The translations under genes and the position numbers were made by a program. This document shows, one piece after another, positions 25,101-49,861 of a stretch of DNA of 64,000 nt. Positions within the stretch are counted from its first letter, which is position 1. The number at the start of each line of letters is the position of its first letter. The stretch spans positions 439,022,001-439,086,000 of the forward strand of contig OZ024740.1 in the NCBI GenBank assembly GCA_964016885.1, written 5' to 3'. The DNA is from Eledone cirrhosa (Eukaryota). The notes under the pieces were generated by a model. It was not told the origin of the DNA and did not search any database. It worked only from the letters and a program-made list of their open reading frames with translations.

Positions 25101-25544
25101 TGCATCTAAGTTCCCGTTCCAGTCGCCCACTAACACTAAAGAGTGGGACGTTCCAAGAAAGGTCTCCAGACGCCGGAAGAAATCAGGCCGCCCTGCTCCT
25201 GTCGGGGCATAGACGGCCACTAACCTGAAAGCTTGCCCGTCTCCGCTGGTCACGTCCAGCACCACCAACTTACCTTCTGGGTCCAGGAAGATGGCCCGTA
25301 TGGCGAGATCCAAACCTCTCCGAAAAAGCACAGCAACTCCTCCCCCCGATCCCTGACGGCTGGGAGATGCGTACACATCGTAGCCGCCGAAGATCGGTGC
25401 GAAAGCCTATGCTTCGGAGATTCTGGTCTCGCTGATGGCCACTACATCTATGTTTAGTGACCTGAGGTCGTTGAGCAGGTGGCCCTGCTTCCATGACGAC
25501 CCCAAGCCACGCGCATTTATGCTGCCTATTCTGAGTGAGGTCAT
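22126..25544 (-). pseudogene. T2 ORF2: APE + RT, frameshift near 24960 and stop at 24406-24408
   Basis: 759 aa segment with FRPITLLN, LDQSKAFDRV, VRQGCPL, AYADDV, CPKC..HALVQC; upstream APE pieces match T1. Confidence 0.92.
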
Positions 25545-25578
25545 GTTGAAAAGAAGTGGAAAAGATGGGAAAGACCAC

Positions 25579-27572
25579 TTACCTTACTTCTCGTAGGGGA
25601 AGGACGGTTTTTCCATCCTTTTCACTGCTTGTGGCCTCCTCAGGAAGGATGTCCTTATAAATCCTCCTGGAGAGTGCTTGTCGGAAGTCTCCGATGTCTT
25701 TGGGGAACTTTTGTTTTAGTGTCATGTACGTTTTCTGTGTGATGCGAGTGATTTGTATGTGTGGAGGTGGTGTGAATTTTGGGGTTGTTGTGTAGTCTTT
25801 TTCTGTGATGCTGGTGTTGTGTTGGATGTAGAGTAATAATTGCTTGTTGTTCAAATTTAGTGCTGTGTAGTGTGTATCGTTTTGGTTGTTTTGTTTTGTT
25901 TGCGTTTGTTGTGGGTTTGATTCTGTTTCGCATTTTGGTGACTTTTGTGGTGTAGGTGATGGTGGTGTTGGAGTTAATGATGGTGATGGTGTTGGTGTTT
26001 GGGTTGATGGGGTTGGTGATGCTGGTGTGGATGGTGGCATATCTGTCCTAACTTTTTTGTTTCTTAGTTTATTTGTTTCCCTCTGTATTTTGTTTTTGGA
26101 GGGGGAAGGAAGAGAATTTTTTCTTTTTTGGTTTCTTTTTTTTTTCCGGATATCGTTTCCCACTCCTCGTCATCACAATCTGTCTCCAGTTGTGATAGGC
26201 CGGGGAGTGGAAAATCCTCCACAGGCGTTAGTTTTGGTTGTGGCGTGGTGTATCGTGTAGGCGCTGGTGCTACTTCTGAAGCGTTGGGTGGTGGTGGTGT
26301 TGGTTTTGCTGGTGGTGGTGGTGGTTTTGGTTTTGCTACTGTTGCTGGGGTTGTTGCTGTTATAGTTGCTTCTGTTGTTGCTGCTACAGTTGTTGCTGCC
26401 ATCTCTGCTACTGGTGGTGTTGATGGTTGTGTCACTGGGGTGGGTAGGAGAGGTGGCCTCAACCTTTTAGCCTGAGGGCAGAAAGCCCTTAGGTGGGTTC
26501 CTTCACCACAAACGACACACCTAGGTCTTCTGCCCTCGACAATTACCGTGAGGTGGCTGCCGTCAGTGAGGTCTATTACCTCTGGGATCTCCTCAATGCT
26601 TTTTTGGTCCGCTTGGATCAGGAGCTCCATCCCAGATCCGGACCAGTTCTCCTGCTTTTCTTTTGCTATTGCTATTATTTTTGTGTTGGCTTCGATGCCG
26701 GCGAGGACGGCCGCTATTAGCCAGGGAATTTCGATGGCCGGTGGAACGTGGGTCACCCTGATCTTTACGAGTCTCTGGCCACAATAGCTTGGGACGAGTG
26801 TGAAGTCGTCACTTCTTAATGGGGCCATGGAGTGTTCTCTAGCCTCCTCTGGTGTTTCAAAGAACACGTCCACGGTTCCATACTTCTGCCCACTTCTGAT
26901 GTGGGTTTTTCTTGCCCACAAATGTCCCAAAGCTTTTTGGATTTGGGACTTGGATGCCCGTTCCACTCGGCGCGATTTTACATTTATTGTTCGATACGAC
27001 ACGGTGCATAGGCGCCGATGCTCCATTTTATTAGGTGGGGGGGGGGCTGACCCTGTACCCATCTTTCTTTACCATTTGTTTGGTATTTTCTAAATCCTCC
27101 TGAGTTACCGTAAATGCTTCGAACTGTTTTGCTACTCTGGCGAAACTGAGGGTGGTTTTTATAATGTCATTGTTGTTGTTGTTGTTGCTATCGTTATTTG
27201 TGTTAATATTAATTTTAGTTTCAGTTGTGGTGGTGGTGACGTCAGTCGTCTTTGGTGGGGAAGAGTCCATTTTGCTTGATTTCATTTCGACATCACGAGT
27301 TAATTTATTTTTTCTTCTTTTGTTTCTGTTGTCGCGGTGGTGGTGGGGGTGGTGGTTGTCGCGGTGGTGGTGGGGGTGGAGGCTTTAACACCTGCAGTCA
27401 TTGGTAATGGCGGGAAATGAATGTCTGCCTGAGACAAATTTAAAATATTGCTACTGCTTATATTTTTTGTCGTGTTGGCAAACGTAGTAACATTTACAAT
27501 GGTGGTGTCGGTGTGAGGTGGTAATTTGGGAGGAAGGCTTTCAGCTGCTTGGTGCAGAGGTGAATTAGCCAT
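25579..27572 (-). pseudogene. T2 ORF1: gag-like CCHC protein, fragmented
   Basis: CVVCGEGTHLRAFC; LVPSYCGQ and SFARVAK homologous to T1 ORF1 but clearly diverged. Pieces 27572-27300, 27285-27031, 27062-26064, 26163-25579. Confidence 0.82.
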
Positions 27573-27807
27573 TTTTTTTCAAAGAAATTTTTTGATAATA
27601 ATAAAGGTTTAAATTTTGGGCACAAGGCCCCAATCTTTTTGGGTGTCCTTTTCGGAAAACAATGTATGTGCGCTTATATATGGTTAACAATAACAACTTT
27701 CCATAAATGGCAATTTTTAACAAACGGAATTAACAAACCTTTGCGGAGCTCACGATGATACGATTTACTATGTAGGTCGCCAATAATAATAATAATAATA
27801 ATAATAA

Positions 27808-29510
<1,703 letters not shown>

Positions 29511-29527
29511 AAGAAGAAGAAGAAGAA

Positions 29528-34479
<4,952 letters not shown>

Positions 34480-34487
34480 AAGAAGAA

Positions 34488-38805
<4,318 letters not shown>

Positions 38806-39127
38806 AGAGATGGGGGAGAGCGTTTATCTATTTAAGTGGTGGTAGGACTAAAGAATAAATAATTTCTCCCCCCCCCACACACACACACACATTCCGTGAT
38901 GGTGTTCTTTCCATTTCTAAATATATCACAACCAACTAATGGATTACGCTACTGCATGTTACAACTTTTTTTATTTTAATTTCATAATTATAAAAGGTAA
39001 CCTATTTAATAGCAATTATGAACTATGTAAATTGTCACCGATCTACAAATAATTTTGATACACACACACATGCACATACAACCCCACGATATATGTGTGT
39101 GTATATATATATATACATATATATAAC

Positions 39128-39470
39128 GAAGGAATTGTGGTAAGGAACCAGATGGACTATAACGCACCAGAGTACTCAATACTTAAGGTAGTAAAGTGGG
39201 TAATAGGAAAAGTTATGACCCCGACGGCAGAGCTCAAGCCGTTTCGACGGCTATTTCTGGACTATATTAGAATTTTTATCCTGGTAAATAAATAGCCGAA
39301 CTTGTCAAGGGGTACTTCCTTATATGGCAAGATTGTTGTTGTCAAGAGGATTGGTCAATATGTGTTGTAAACACAAATAAATCTATCATGGCATTTCGTG
39401 GGAGGTAGGGGTGGCTGAACTTGCCTGTAGAACAATGAGGGAGTGAGTAAAGCCAGTCAGGCGTTGAAAG
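39128..39470 (-). mobile_element. Second copy of the H1 hammerhead-bearing element
   Basis: Reverse-complement similarity to ~4130-4478 (ggtaaggaaccag.tggac.ataacgcacca.agtactcaatactta); adjoins (TA)n. Confidence 0.8.
39218..39313 (-). ncRNA. Type I hammerhead ribozyme, U3:A8 core variant (family H1)
   Basis: Minus strand: acccc-TTGACAA-g.tcggctattt...aaatagccg.c-GAAA-cggc ttgagctct gccg-TC-ggggt. Confidence 0.8.
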
Positions 39471-39817
39471 TGAAATCTATACAGTAGATTCTAAGGTTAG
39501 TGTATGAAAAGTCGAAAAATTGTTCTGGAGAAAAAGGAGGAGTGAGTTTAAAGAATAGGTAAGTCAAATGAGAGTAGCAGACAATGAAAATAAAAATAAA
39601 ATAAAATATATAAAAAATTAGATAGTGAGAAATGAATAAAAAACAAAACAGTAGAGTCTAGAAACAGCTGCTATAATTAGTAGGTGTTGCTTGTACGGCA
39701 AAGCTATAGAAAAGTTTAATAAATTGACAATGGAAAATACTAAATAAGAAATTGTAGAAGTGGGTAGTGAAAAATATAATGCAAACTTTTCAGGTGTCTA
39801 ACACAGCTGCTATAAAG

Positions 39818-39854
<37 letters not shown>

Positions 39855-39871
39855 TATTTATTTTATAGAAG

Positions 39872-39924
39872 GAACTTCTACAGGACTAGTACTGTTTCAT
39901 TCAGATGAAATCTTCAGGAAGCTC
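39872..39924 (-). ncRNA. Type I hammerhead ribozyme motif (family H2)
   Basis: Minus strand: gagcttc-CTGAAGA-tttcatctgaat-GAAA-cag tactagtc ctg-TA-gaagttc, followed by AATAAA and (TA)n. The first pair of stem II is a T/T mismatch. Confidence 0.7.
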
Positions 39925-40001
39925 ATTTTAAAAAATTTTACTCTGCCATGTATTGAGTACCTTACTTACTGTGGTTATCCCCGACTCAACCCGGGACCTA
40001 C

Positions 40002-40094
<93 letters not shown>

Positions 40095-40185
40095 GAGTAT
40101 ATGTTGGTTGTATACCAACACCTCAGTATGCAGTCTGGAGCACTGGAAGAAGTGCGCAGGTTGGTTTGGTTACTCCGGAGTAATG

Positions 40186-40580
<395 letters not shown>

Positions 40581-40649
40581 AAAAATAGATGAAATCGAAA
40601 ATGCAACGGAAGTCTTATTTTTTTTTAAAATATATATATTTATTTGGTT

Positions 40650-40687
40650 CCTTTACCGGTTTCGCAGTTCTTCTGCTTTTCAAAAGG
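40650..40687 (-). ncRNA. Minimal type I hammerhead, U3:A8 variant (family H4)
   Basis: Minus strand: cctt-TTGAAAA-gcag aagaa ctgc-GAAA-ccgg-TA-aagg, then AATAAA. Confidence 0.75.
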
Positions 40688-40759
40688 TGAGTTGAGATGG
40701 AGGGTCTGTGGTTTTTCTCACAGATGTGAGAAAAACCACAGACCCTCCATCTCAACTCA

Positions 40760-40797
40760 CCTTTTGAAAAGCAGAAGAACTGTGAAACCGGTAAAGG
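40760..40797 (+). ncRNA. Minimal type I hammerhead, U3:A8 variant (family H4)
   Basis: cctt-TTGAAAA-gcag aagaa ctgt-GAAA-ccgg-TA-aagg aacca AATAAA. Confidence 0.75.
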
Positions 40798-40929
40798 AAC
40801 CAAATAAATATATATATTTTAAAAAAAAAATAAGACTTCAGTTGCATTTTCGATTTCATCTCTTTTTCTTTATACTTTCACTCGTGTAGGACACCTCGGT
40901 TATTATTCATTTTGTAAAAAAAAACTCAC

Positions 40930-40969
<40 letters not shown>

Positions 40970-41789
40970 TACTAGAGTATTCTTCGCGGATTTTGTAATA
41001 AAAACATTTAATTATAGTCGTTAGATGTTCATTTCTAATTTTTTCAAAAGACATTTTTAAATTATATTTTTTAAACAGGAAATTTCTTTTTCAAGATCTC
41101 GTTTTTTATGTATTTAGGTCCTCACTCCGCTAAGAAGGACCCTGTATGTGACCCTTCATTCTACAAGAAGTAGCGGCCTACATTTCTTTCAAACTTCCAT
41201 CTTAAAATAAGAGCAATGTCTTAGATCCCCCATAAAAGACTGGATGGTCATAACTGGAATATCTTTGATGACAGATCTTACTTAGGGTTGATCACGGAGA
41301 GGAGTATACAGAAAAGCCGATAACACGTATACTCTATGTGGTAACTCGACATATTAGAAATAACAGCCATACTGAATATTGTAGAACTAGATATCTTTAA
41401 AATGACTTGATGGTACCTCACTTTAACAAGTAATCTTTCAAATCATTACCCGTCTCATCTTTTCTTTAAAATTTCAAGCCATATTTAGCCATATGAAATA
41501 TAAGTATTAATAAATGGCCTTATCCACATCCTACTACTTCATATCACTGTTTGATCCGCTTAGATATATTATTTGTACAAAGACCAGTCACAGTGTTGTC
41601 TGTATAATTATGAGAATGTTACGCCATGAATACAGACTAGTATAGATAGATCTTTGTAACTAGACTACTGGTCAGTAAATATGGTAGTTCCAGGACTATA
41701 GGTTATCTCAAATGGCAGATGTCACTGTCACTACACATCTACCTGCTATGTGTCTTAGAGTTTCCTTTCTCACCACAATGTCGCAAAAT

Positions 41790-42220
41790 CTTCCTCCTCC
41801 TCATCCTCCTCATCCTCCTCATCCTCCTCATCCTCCTCATCCTTCTTCTTCTTCTTCTTCTTCTTCTTCTTCTTCTTCTTCTTCTTCTTCTTCTTCTTCT
41901 TCTTCTTCTTCTTCTTCCCCCACATATTCCTGAGAGGGTTGTAGGGTCAGAGTTCTCAAACACTTCTTCCAGCGGGTCCTGTAAGAAGCAACCGTCTCCA
42001 ACTGATCCGGTTCGATTCACAAGCGGAACCAGCCTCGGTTGGAGACGGTTCTTACATCCAACCTCCTGGATGTTATCCAACCATCTTGCTCGGAGTCTAC
42101 CCCAGAGTCTACCTCAGGGTCCCCAGCCGTGAAATCCAATCAACAAAATTACTGGAATTAGTCTTGGGTTTCGATATTAATAGAGCCATAAAAGCACACG
42201 TGACCGATTATAGAGGAATG
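41790..42220 (-). mobile_element. Degenerate 3' end of an RTE-like LINE with (GAA)n tail and (GAGGAGGAT)n extension
   Basis: Minus strand gives GHV...GRLRARWLDNI, like RTE C-termini, followed by (GAA)n. Confidence 0.55.
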
Positions 42221-42310
42221 TTTAGTCAGATATTTCTGCCATGAAATATTCTCTTTATATATTTAGTTTACATAATATAAAGCTACACATGTTTATTGAA
42301 CACTTTTGTA

Positions 42311-42388
42311 GTCTCCTCACTCGGATCTCATTTATATACTTTTATAACTAGTAGAAAGTTACACGCACATACGCACGTACACAAACAA

Positions 42389-42456
<68 letters not shown>

Positions 42457-42474
42457 GTGTGTGTGTCTGTGCGC

Positions 42475-42545
<71 letters not shown>

Positions 42546-42638
42546 TGTGTGTGTGTGTACATTTGTTTGTGTACGTGCGTATGTGCGTGTAACTTTCTAA
42601 TAGTTATAAAAGTATATAAATGAGATCCGAGTGAGGAG

Positions 42639-42640
<2 letters not shown>
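42311..42640. repeat. Inverted repeat (~85 bp unique arms) enclosing (CA)n(TA)n(GC)n(TG)n
   Basis: gtctcctcactcggatctcatttatatacttttataacta... / ...tagttataaaagtatataaatgagatccgagtgaggagac. Confidence 0.92.
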
Positions 42641-42670
<30 letters not shown>

Positions 42671-43039
42671 GTGTGTGTGTGTGTCTGTGCGCGTGTGTGT
42701 GTGTCTGTGTGTGTGTGTGTAAGCGCATATTGGAAAATGACTTATCTCGAATTACTAATTTCTAATTAATTATGAATTATGAATAAGTTGTATTAATTGC
42801 AGTCTGTGAATTTATCAACACTAGAATAACTGACGAGAATAATTCTGTTATCTTTGTGCTAGACTAATTCTTATTGAGAACCAACAAGGTGGTCACTTAG
42901 TGTGCTGGAAATAACAGTCAGATCTCACTGAAATCATAACCTTGTTATCCTAACAGGAAACAAGAAATGTATTAGATAATACAACTCCAGGTACAACGAC
43001 TCTTCTAAGACTTCTAAAGTATGTTTCGAGTGTGGAGAC

Positions 43040-43300
43040 TCTTCAGGCAGTGCTTATCCTGGTTTCTGTGGTGTGAAGCGACAGAGTACAAGACACTCCC
43101 CTGGACAGGACGCCAGCCCATCACAATGTTAAACTCCCAACTATTGCTAGAACTCAGTCGAGTATACTGAGTATACTGGAACAACGTGAAATGAAGTGTT
43201 TTGCTCAAGAACACAACACACAACCCAGTCTAGGAATCAAACCCACGACATTATGATCGTAAGTCTAACACCCTTATCACTAGGTCACACCCCTCCACAA
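43040..43300 (-). mobile_element. Old tRNA-derived SINE (second family)
   Basis: Minus strand: tagtgataagggtgttagac...gtgggtttgattcc (A/B boxes), tgtgttgtgttcttgagcaaaacacttca core, gatgggctggcgtcctgtccagggg. Confidence 0.6.
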
Positions 43301-43409
43301 TAGAGTACTGGCTAGCCATGAATAGAACACTTTTGATCTTAGGTCTACTTCATCTGGACTAAACTGGATCAAAATGACTAGGTGTTAAGATATAGTATTG
43401 GGTGGATGG

Positions 43410-43625
43410 GTGGTGGATCAGCAGAATGGGTAGAGCATCAGATAAAATGTCATTGTGATATATGTTATGGCTATTTACATTCTAAGTTCAAATTCTGCTG
43501 TGGTCAATTTTGCCTTTCATCCTTCCTGGGTCAGAAAAATAAAGTACGAATCAAGTACTAGTGTTTATTTAATCAACTTGTCCCTTCCTCTAAATTTACT
43601 GGTGTTGAATCTAAGTTAGAAATCA
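43410..43625 (+). mobile_element. Diverged SINE of the main family
   Basis: gcagaatgggtagagc, aagttcaaattc, tttgcctttcatcctt, aaaataaagtac. Confidence 0.7.
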
Positions 43626-44009
43626 GTAAGTAGTAATGACCCTAACCACTGATTGGTAGAAACAATAGAGAGAGAAGGAAGTTTCGGTATTTCCTTTTAC
43701 TTGAAATACTGTCAAAGTTACATTTGAATTTCTACTTTACTCATCCGATGACATATTTTGTGGGTGACACACTTGATTTGTTGAACAGTTTAACACAACC
43801 ACTTAGCCCTTGGGTGTGTTTCGTGACGTTCATTTTGTTGCAAACATTCGGGTCTGTTTAGGGGTCAGAGGATAACATCCTTCTGCCGATAAGTCTAGAA
43901 GAGGAATATGAAAATCCCAGAGGCGATTTCATTCTTCCACTCATCAGGAAAAATAAAGTATCATCAATACACTAGAGTTGATTATATATTTTAATATTTT
44001 AATTTATAA

Positions 44010-44180
44010 TATTGATTTCTAATTTAGGGTCAGGACCTGCAATATGTTTGTGTGGGGAAGGGGAAAGTCGATTAAATCGACCCAGTACTTTACTGGTACT
44101 TTATTTTATCTACCTCGGGAATGATGACAGGAAAAGCTGACCCCTGCCAGATTTCAACTCACAATGTAAAATATCGTAAC
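44010..44180 (-). mobile_element. Diverged SINE of the main family
   Basis: ccagtactttactggtactttattttatc...gatttcaactcacaatgtaaa, similar to 6058-6145. Confidence 0.6.
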
Positions 44181-46653
44181 AAACACCTTAAAGCTGTCCA
44201 ATGTTTTAGTAATGTTACCAACCCAATATATTGTAATTTTGGACATCGTGCCAATTGTTTAGTGGAAGATCGAACTTTATAGAGTATTCGTAAATTCATT
44301 ATTAGTTAACTCCTCTTTTTCTGGTTGAAATCCCACCACTTCAGTTATATAATAACCCAGAAAGGGAACTCATATGAATCAAAATTAACCCCACCCCTAT
44401 AAATTTTAGGGGAGATTAGTTGGCCATTAGTTTATACTAGATTCTAGCAGTCAAATGACCAACCATATCCCAACTGTTAGAAATTAATTCTTAATGATCA
44501 TGTCTACATAACTTTTAGTAGGAATTTCGATATGGCAAACAGCTGTAGCCGAGAAATTATGAGTAATTCAGAATTTCCTGTGACAATTGTAGTTCGTTCA
44601 TGAAGTTAGGTATTTCAAAACAGATATCATATCCAGGAAGGGGTCCATGTCCCTGGTACTTAAATTGATGGACTTCAGCGACATGCCACAGTAAGGAATG
44701 CGGATCAAACCAACGAGTTTCATTCTTACTTAACAGATCACCAAGATTAGCTTATCTCTTCCTTTTACAGATGAACAAATTAATACATATTACAATATAT
44801 AGTCGCATGTGCCGCATCTCAACCTATTTATATAATGCTACAACTTTATATAACATTTTCATATTGTTTTAGCTATATGATATTGATGTAAATTCTTTTG
44901 CATTAATATATATCTTCCTTTATTTATGCTGCGACTTAAGACTATTTTTTAGAAGAACCTCACATATTCTCGACCCTGGTAATTTCTGTTAATGCCAGGT
45001 CCTATTAATCGTAACTCTCAGTAGACTCAAATAATCTCTTTTTTGTCTATTCTTGTCCATTAATTTTTGTTTTATTACGGATTGAAACTCAGTATTTTCA
45101 AGGTGTAATTTTCTCGTTTCACAGAATTCTTTTATTGTCTATCAAAAGGGAATTGAAGAGGGCGATATAACCTGGATCTGCTATTTTATATATATATGAT
45201 CATATCACTATTTGTAAGCCTTCAACAAATACTATGACATTTTTAGATGTCCATTTTTCTTATATTTTTACAACGTGGCTTTTCAATTCCCTTGATTACG
45301 TAAGAAAGATACAGTGTTAAACGCTCAACGTTTTCATTTCAATCTGGTTTGTTCCCCATAACCTCTCTTCAATATAGATTATTCTTTCTAGTTTACTAAG
45401 ATTGAAAATAATTATAAATATATCCTTATCTTTTAGTTGATGTTATATAAGGCAAAGAAATACTTTTTATTTCTATCTTGTAACATTTCCACATTTAGTT
45501 TTCATTCATATTTTCAGAAATGATCTTTTATAACGTGTTGTTTCCAATGTTTTGACGAAATATATACACTGATTCTCACCACCTTTCAATTTATATAAAC
45601 CATTTCTACATTACTCTATCGATTTACGATTATTTCTCTTTCTCTCTGACTTCTATAAACTCCTTTCAGTCTCATATTTTCATTTTATTTCTGTTTGCAT
45701 TTGTACATTTTAAGAAAAATCCTTTTTATCATCTACCGATGTGCTACTTGTTATGATGAACCATATTTTATAAGACATATATATCAACAAGCATTATTTT
45801 CTTTATAACTATTTCTTCAGTAAAATGTCTTTCTTCCGTTCACGCTATTATTGTAAATAGTAATGGTCTTATTTTTTAACGATTGCGCAGCCTGTGGTTT
45901 ATGATAAAATATTTTTGTGTGGTTGTCAGTTTTTACAAATCTATTTTCTCCTCTTTTTAAAGCATACACATCGGCATCATTGTTCAGACAAACAGTCTAA
46001 CAGAAGACATTTTAATAAAGTTTGAACTGTTAAAAGTATTTTGGTACACTGCATTTTTCAAATTCAACAAATAAAGGAAACCGACCTTAATTTAGAATTA
46101 TTAAACAATATTAAACAGAAAAATATTTCAAATATATTTAATGAATGGACAAAAATCAATAAACTAAACCATATTATGCAAAGGTTTACAAGGGTTAACA
46201 GTTATCGGAAATCCTTCATAGAATGTGATATCAAATTTAAAGTTAGAAGAACGTTGAGACAATGAACTAAATTATATTAGACTTATATTCAATGGCAGCC
46301 CTCCTCCATAGCTACAGCCCGTTGCCTGAAACTAATAGCAGATTAATGTAAAAGAATATTGAAATAAATTTCAAACGTTTAATCTTTCATTTCCTATCTT
46401 TTACCCATCATTCTTTCAAGATAGTTTCACATTCACTTCATTTATTGCAAGGAGCCATGTTAGACATATATTGCGTATGAATCAAGAATTATATATAAAT
46501 ATATATATATATATATATTTATTAAAATAACAGATTAAAGTTTAAGCAAAGAATCGCTGCTTTCACCCTTAGATTTTCACTCTTTGGATTTTAGTCTTCA
46601 AATTTATTATTATTACTAAAAATATATATATATATATATATATATTTATTTAT

Positions 46654-46717
<64 letters not shown>

Positions 46718-46718
<1 letters not shown>

Positions 46719-46900
46719 CAAAAAAGATGAAATCGAAAGTGCAACTGGCCTCTTTTTTTTTAAATATATATTTATTTGGTTCCTTTACCGGTTTCGCAGT
46801 TCTTCTGCTTTTCAAAAGTGGAATTGAGATGGAGGGTCTGTGGTTTTTCTCACATCTCAATAATTGCTGCTCTTGTGTCAAAAGTAGAAACAATTATTAC
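46718..46900 (-). mobile_element. Single-arm copy of the H4 element (hammerhead 46782-46818) abutting a SINE tail fragment
   Basis: Matches 40580-40722; followed by taattgctgctcttgtgtcaaaagtagaaacaattatta. Confidence 0.8.
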
Positions 46901-46924
46901 AGGCTATATATGTATATATATATT

Positions 46925-47401
<477 letters not shown>

Positions 47402-49861
47402 AACAACCAGAAGATGCTGTTTGGACAGCTTGAGGGGAAAGAAAGAGGCAACGACTTGATCCCTGGGGCGGAACAAACTAAAACATTCTGGAGAGGAATA
47501 TGGGAGCAGGATGTTAGACATAGTGACCAGGCAGGGTGGATTGAGACAGTACAAAGGGAAATCGGTGAGCAGGCACACCAACAAACTGATTTGAGTATCA
47601 CAGTTGAAACTCTTAGGGGGCAGGCCAAAAAACTAACCAACTGGAAATCACCAGGCCCAGATGGTGTGCAGGGGTATTGGATTAAACATTTAACATCCCT
47701 CCACCCGAAGCCGACTACCATGTTCAATGACTGCTTGATCTCAGGTGAGGTACCAGAGTGGTTGACAAAAGGTACCACAGTTCTGATAATGAAAGACCGA
47801 ATCAAGGGTAATGATGTTACCAACTATAGACCTATCACATGTCTCTCCGTAATGTGGAAACTGTTGACGAGCATTGTGTCTGAGGAAATCTACCATCACC
47901 TCTACACAAACAACTTGTTACCGGACGAACAGAAAGGATGCCGAAAGAAGTCACGTGGTACAAAGGACCAGTTACTTATTGATAAGATGGTAATGGAGAA
48001 TTGCAGGAGGAGACACACTGATCTTGCCATGGGATGGATAGACTACAGAAAGGCATTTGACATGGTGCCTCATTCTTGGATCACCAAAAGCCTGGAGATC
48101 TTCAAGGTGGCAGATAACATCAGACAGTTGCTGGGCAGGAGTATGGGGTCCTGGGAGACAGAGTTGACATCAACTGGAGAATCCTTGGGAAGCGTGAAGA
48201 TCGAGAGAGGTATCTTCCAGGGAGATAGCCTGTCCCCTCTGTTGTTTGTCCTTGCTCTGATGCCCTTGACCATTATGCTGCGAAAAGTGAGAGCAGGATA
48301 CAAGTTGGGAAAGGGAGAGCTTACCATCAATCACCTCTTCTTCATGGACGATCTTAAGCTCTTCGGGAAGAGTGAGAAGGAGTTGGATGTGCTTGTTGAC
48401 ACTGTCCGTATTTTCAGCATTGATATATGTATGCAGTTTGGTATTAGTAAATGTGGAGTCATTGTGATGAGGAGGGGTAGGTTGAGCAGAAGTAACGGAA
48501 TCCAGATACCAACAGGTGAGATGATAAAGGAAATTGACTCTGAGGAAGGATACAAGTATTTGGGCGTTCTGGAGGCTGATGGCATAAAGAACAAAAAAAT
48601 GAAGGAATTGTTAAGAACTGAATACATTCGGAGAGTAAGGAGCGTATTGAAGTCACATCTGAACAGCAGAAATGCCATAAGCGCAGTAAATTCCCGAGCT
48701 GTGTCTATTATTAGGTACAGTGCGGGAATTCTGATATGGAATGTTGCTGAACAAAAAGAAATGGATAGGAAGTCTAGGAAGCTATTGACTATCTACAACA
48801 AGTTCCACAAGAGGAGTGATGTCGATAAACTCTACCTAAGGAGATCTGAGGGTGGAAGATGTCTTATCAGCATAGAGGACTGTGTTCAGATGGAGAAAAA
48901 CAACCTATACAAATACGTGACTGATAGTAAGGAGCCAATGCTCAGAACTGTACTGAAGGAGGGGACAGTAGGCCAGGGGATGTCCAAGGAAGAAATAACA
49001 TCTAGGAGAAAGAGCAGCCTTCAGGGAAAATCCCTTCATAGTACCTTCTTTGAGAAAATGGAATTTAGAGATCCACAGACATGGAACTGGTTGAGAAGAG
49101 GAGACCTCAAAAAGGCTACAGAAGGAATGCTAATGGCTGCGCAGGAGCAGGCCCTAAAACGAAGTGGTTGAAGCACCATATTTACAAGGAGGAGGCTAGC
49201 CCACTGTGCAGGATCTGTGGAGAGAGAGAGGAGACTGTGGCTCACATTGTATCCGAGTGTAAACACCTAGCCCAGACCACTATAAGGGCTGAAGACATGA
49301 TGTGATGGGCAGGGTGATCCACTGGCACATGTGCAAAGTAAACAATTTACCACATTCTGAGAAATGGTATGAGCATAGGCCAGAGGCGGTGATGGAGAAC
49401 GATCAGGTGAAGGTGCTGTGGGATTTTAGGATACAGACGGACAAGAAACTGGAACACAATAGACCTGACCTGGTGGTTGTGGACAAAGAAAAAAGATCGT
49501 GTCTGATTGTGGATGTGGCCTGCCCATTCGACACGAGAGTGCAAGAGAAGGAGAGGGAGAAAATTAACCGATACCAGGACCTAAAGTGGGAGGTGAAAAG
49601 GATTTGGAATTGCCATGAAGTCAAAGTGATCCCGATTGTCATAGGCGCACTGGGGACTATCTCCAAAAGTTTCCAGGGATGGTTAAAGAAAATCGGCCCC
49701 TTCACGCTTTTTGGAACGCTTCAAAAAGCATGCTTGCTGGACACAGCAAGAACCCTCTGATACGTCCTGAATATCTGAGGCTGCAGGTAGTGGCTTGATA
49801 TTCATTCCAACGGACTTTCCAGTTAACTAACATCAATGACTGAGATTCAAGGAATAACAAC

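Larger units (their letters stand above)
21882..27781 (-). mobile_element. Tx1/L1-clade non-LTR retrotransposon, copy T2 (full length, disrupted ORFs)
   Basis: ORF2 and 3' UTR closely match T1; separated from T1 only by (AAT)7 and followed by (AAT)n at 27782. Confidence 0.9.

Noticed and set aside
7324-26787. Many antisense or alternative-frame ORFs of 60-220 aa recurring in several element copies
   Set aside because: Recurrence reflects copy identity; they are shadows of the main ORFs with no independent evidence.
44400-46480. AT-rich unique stretch, possible decayed element or host intron/exon
   Set aside because: No ORF with recognisable motifs and no internal repeat found by eye.
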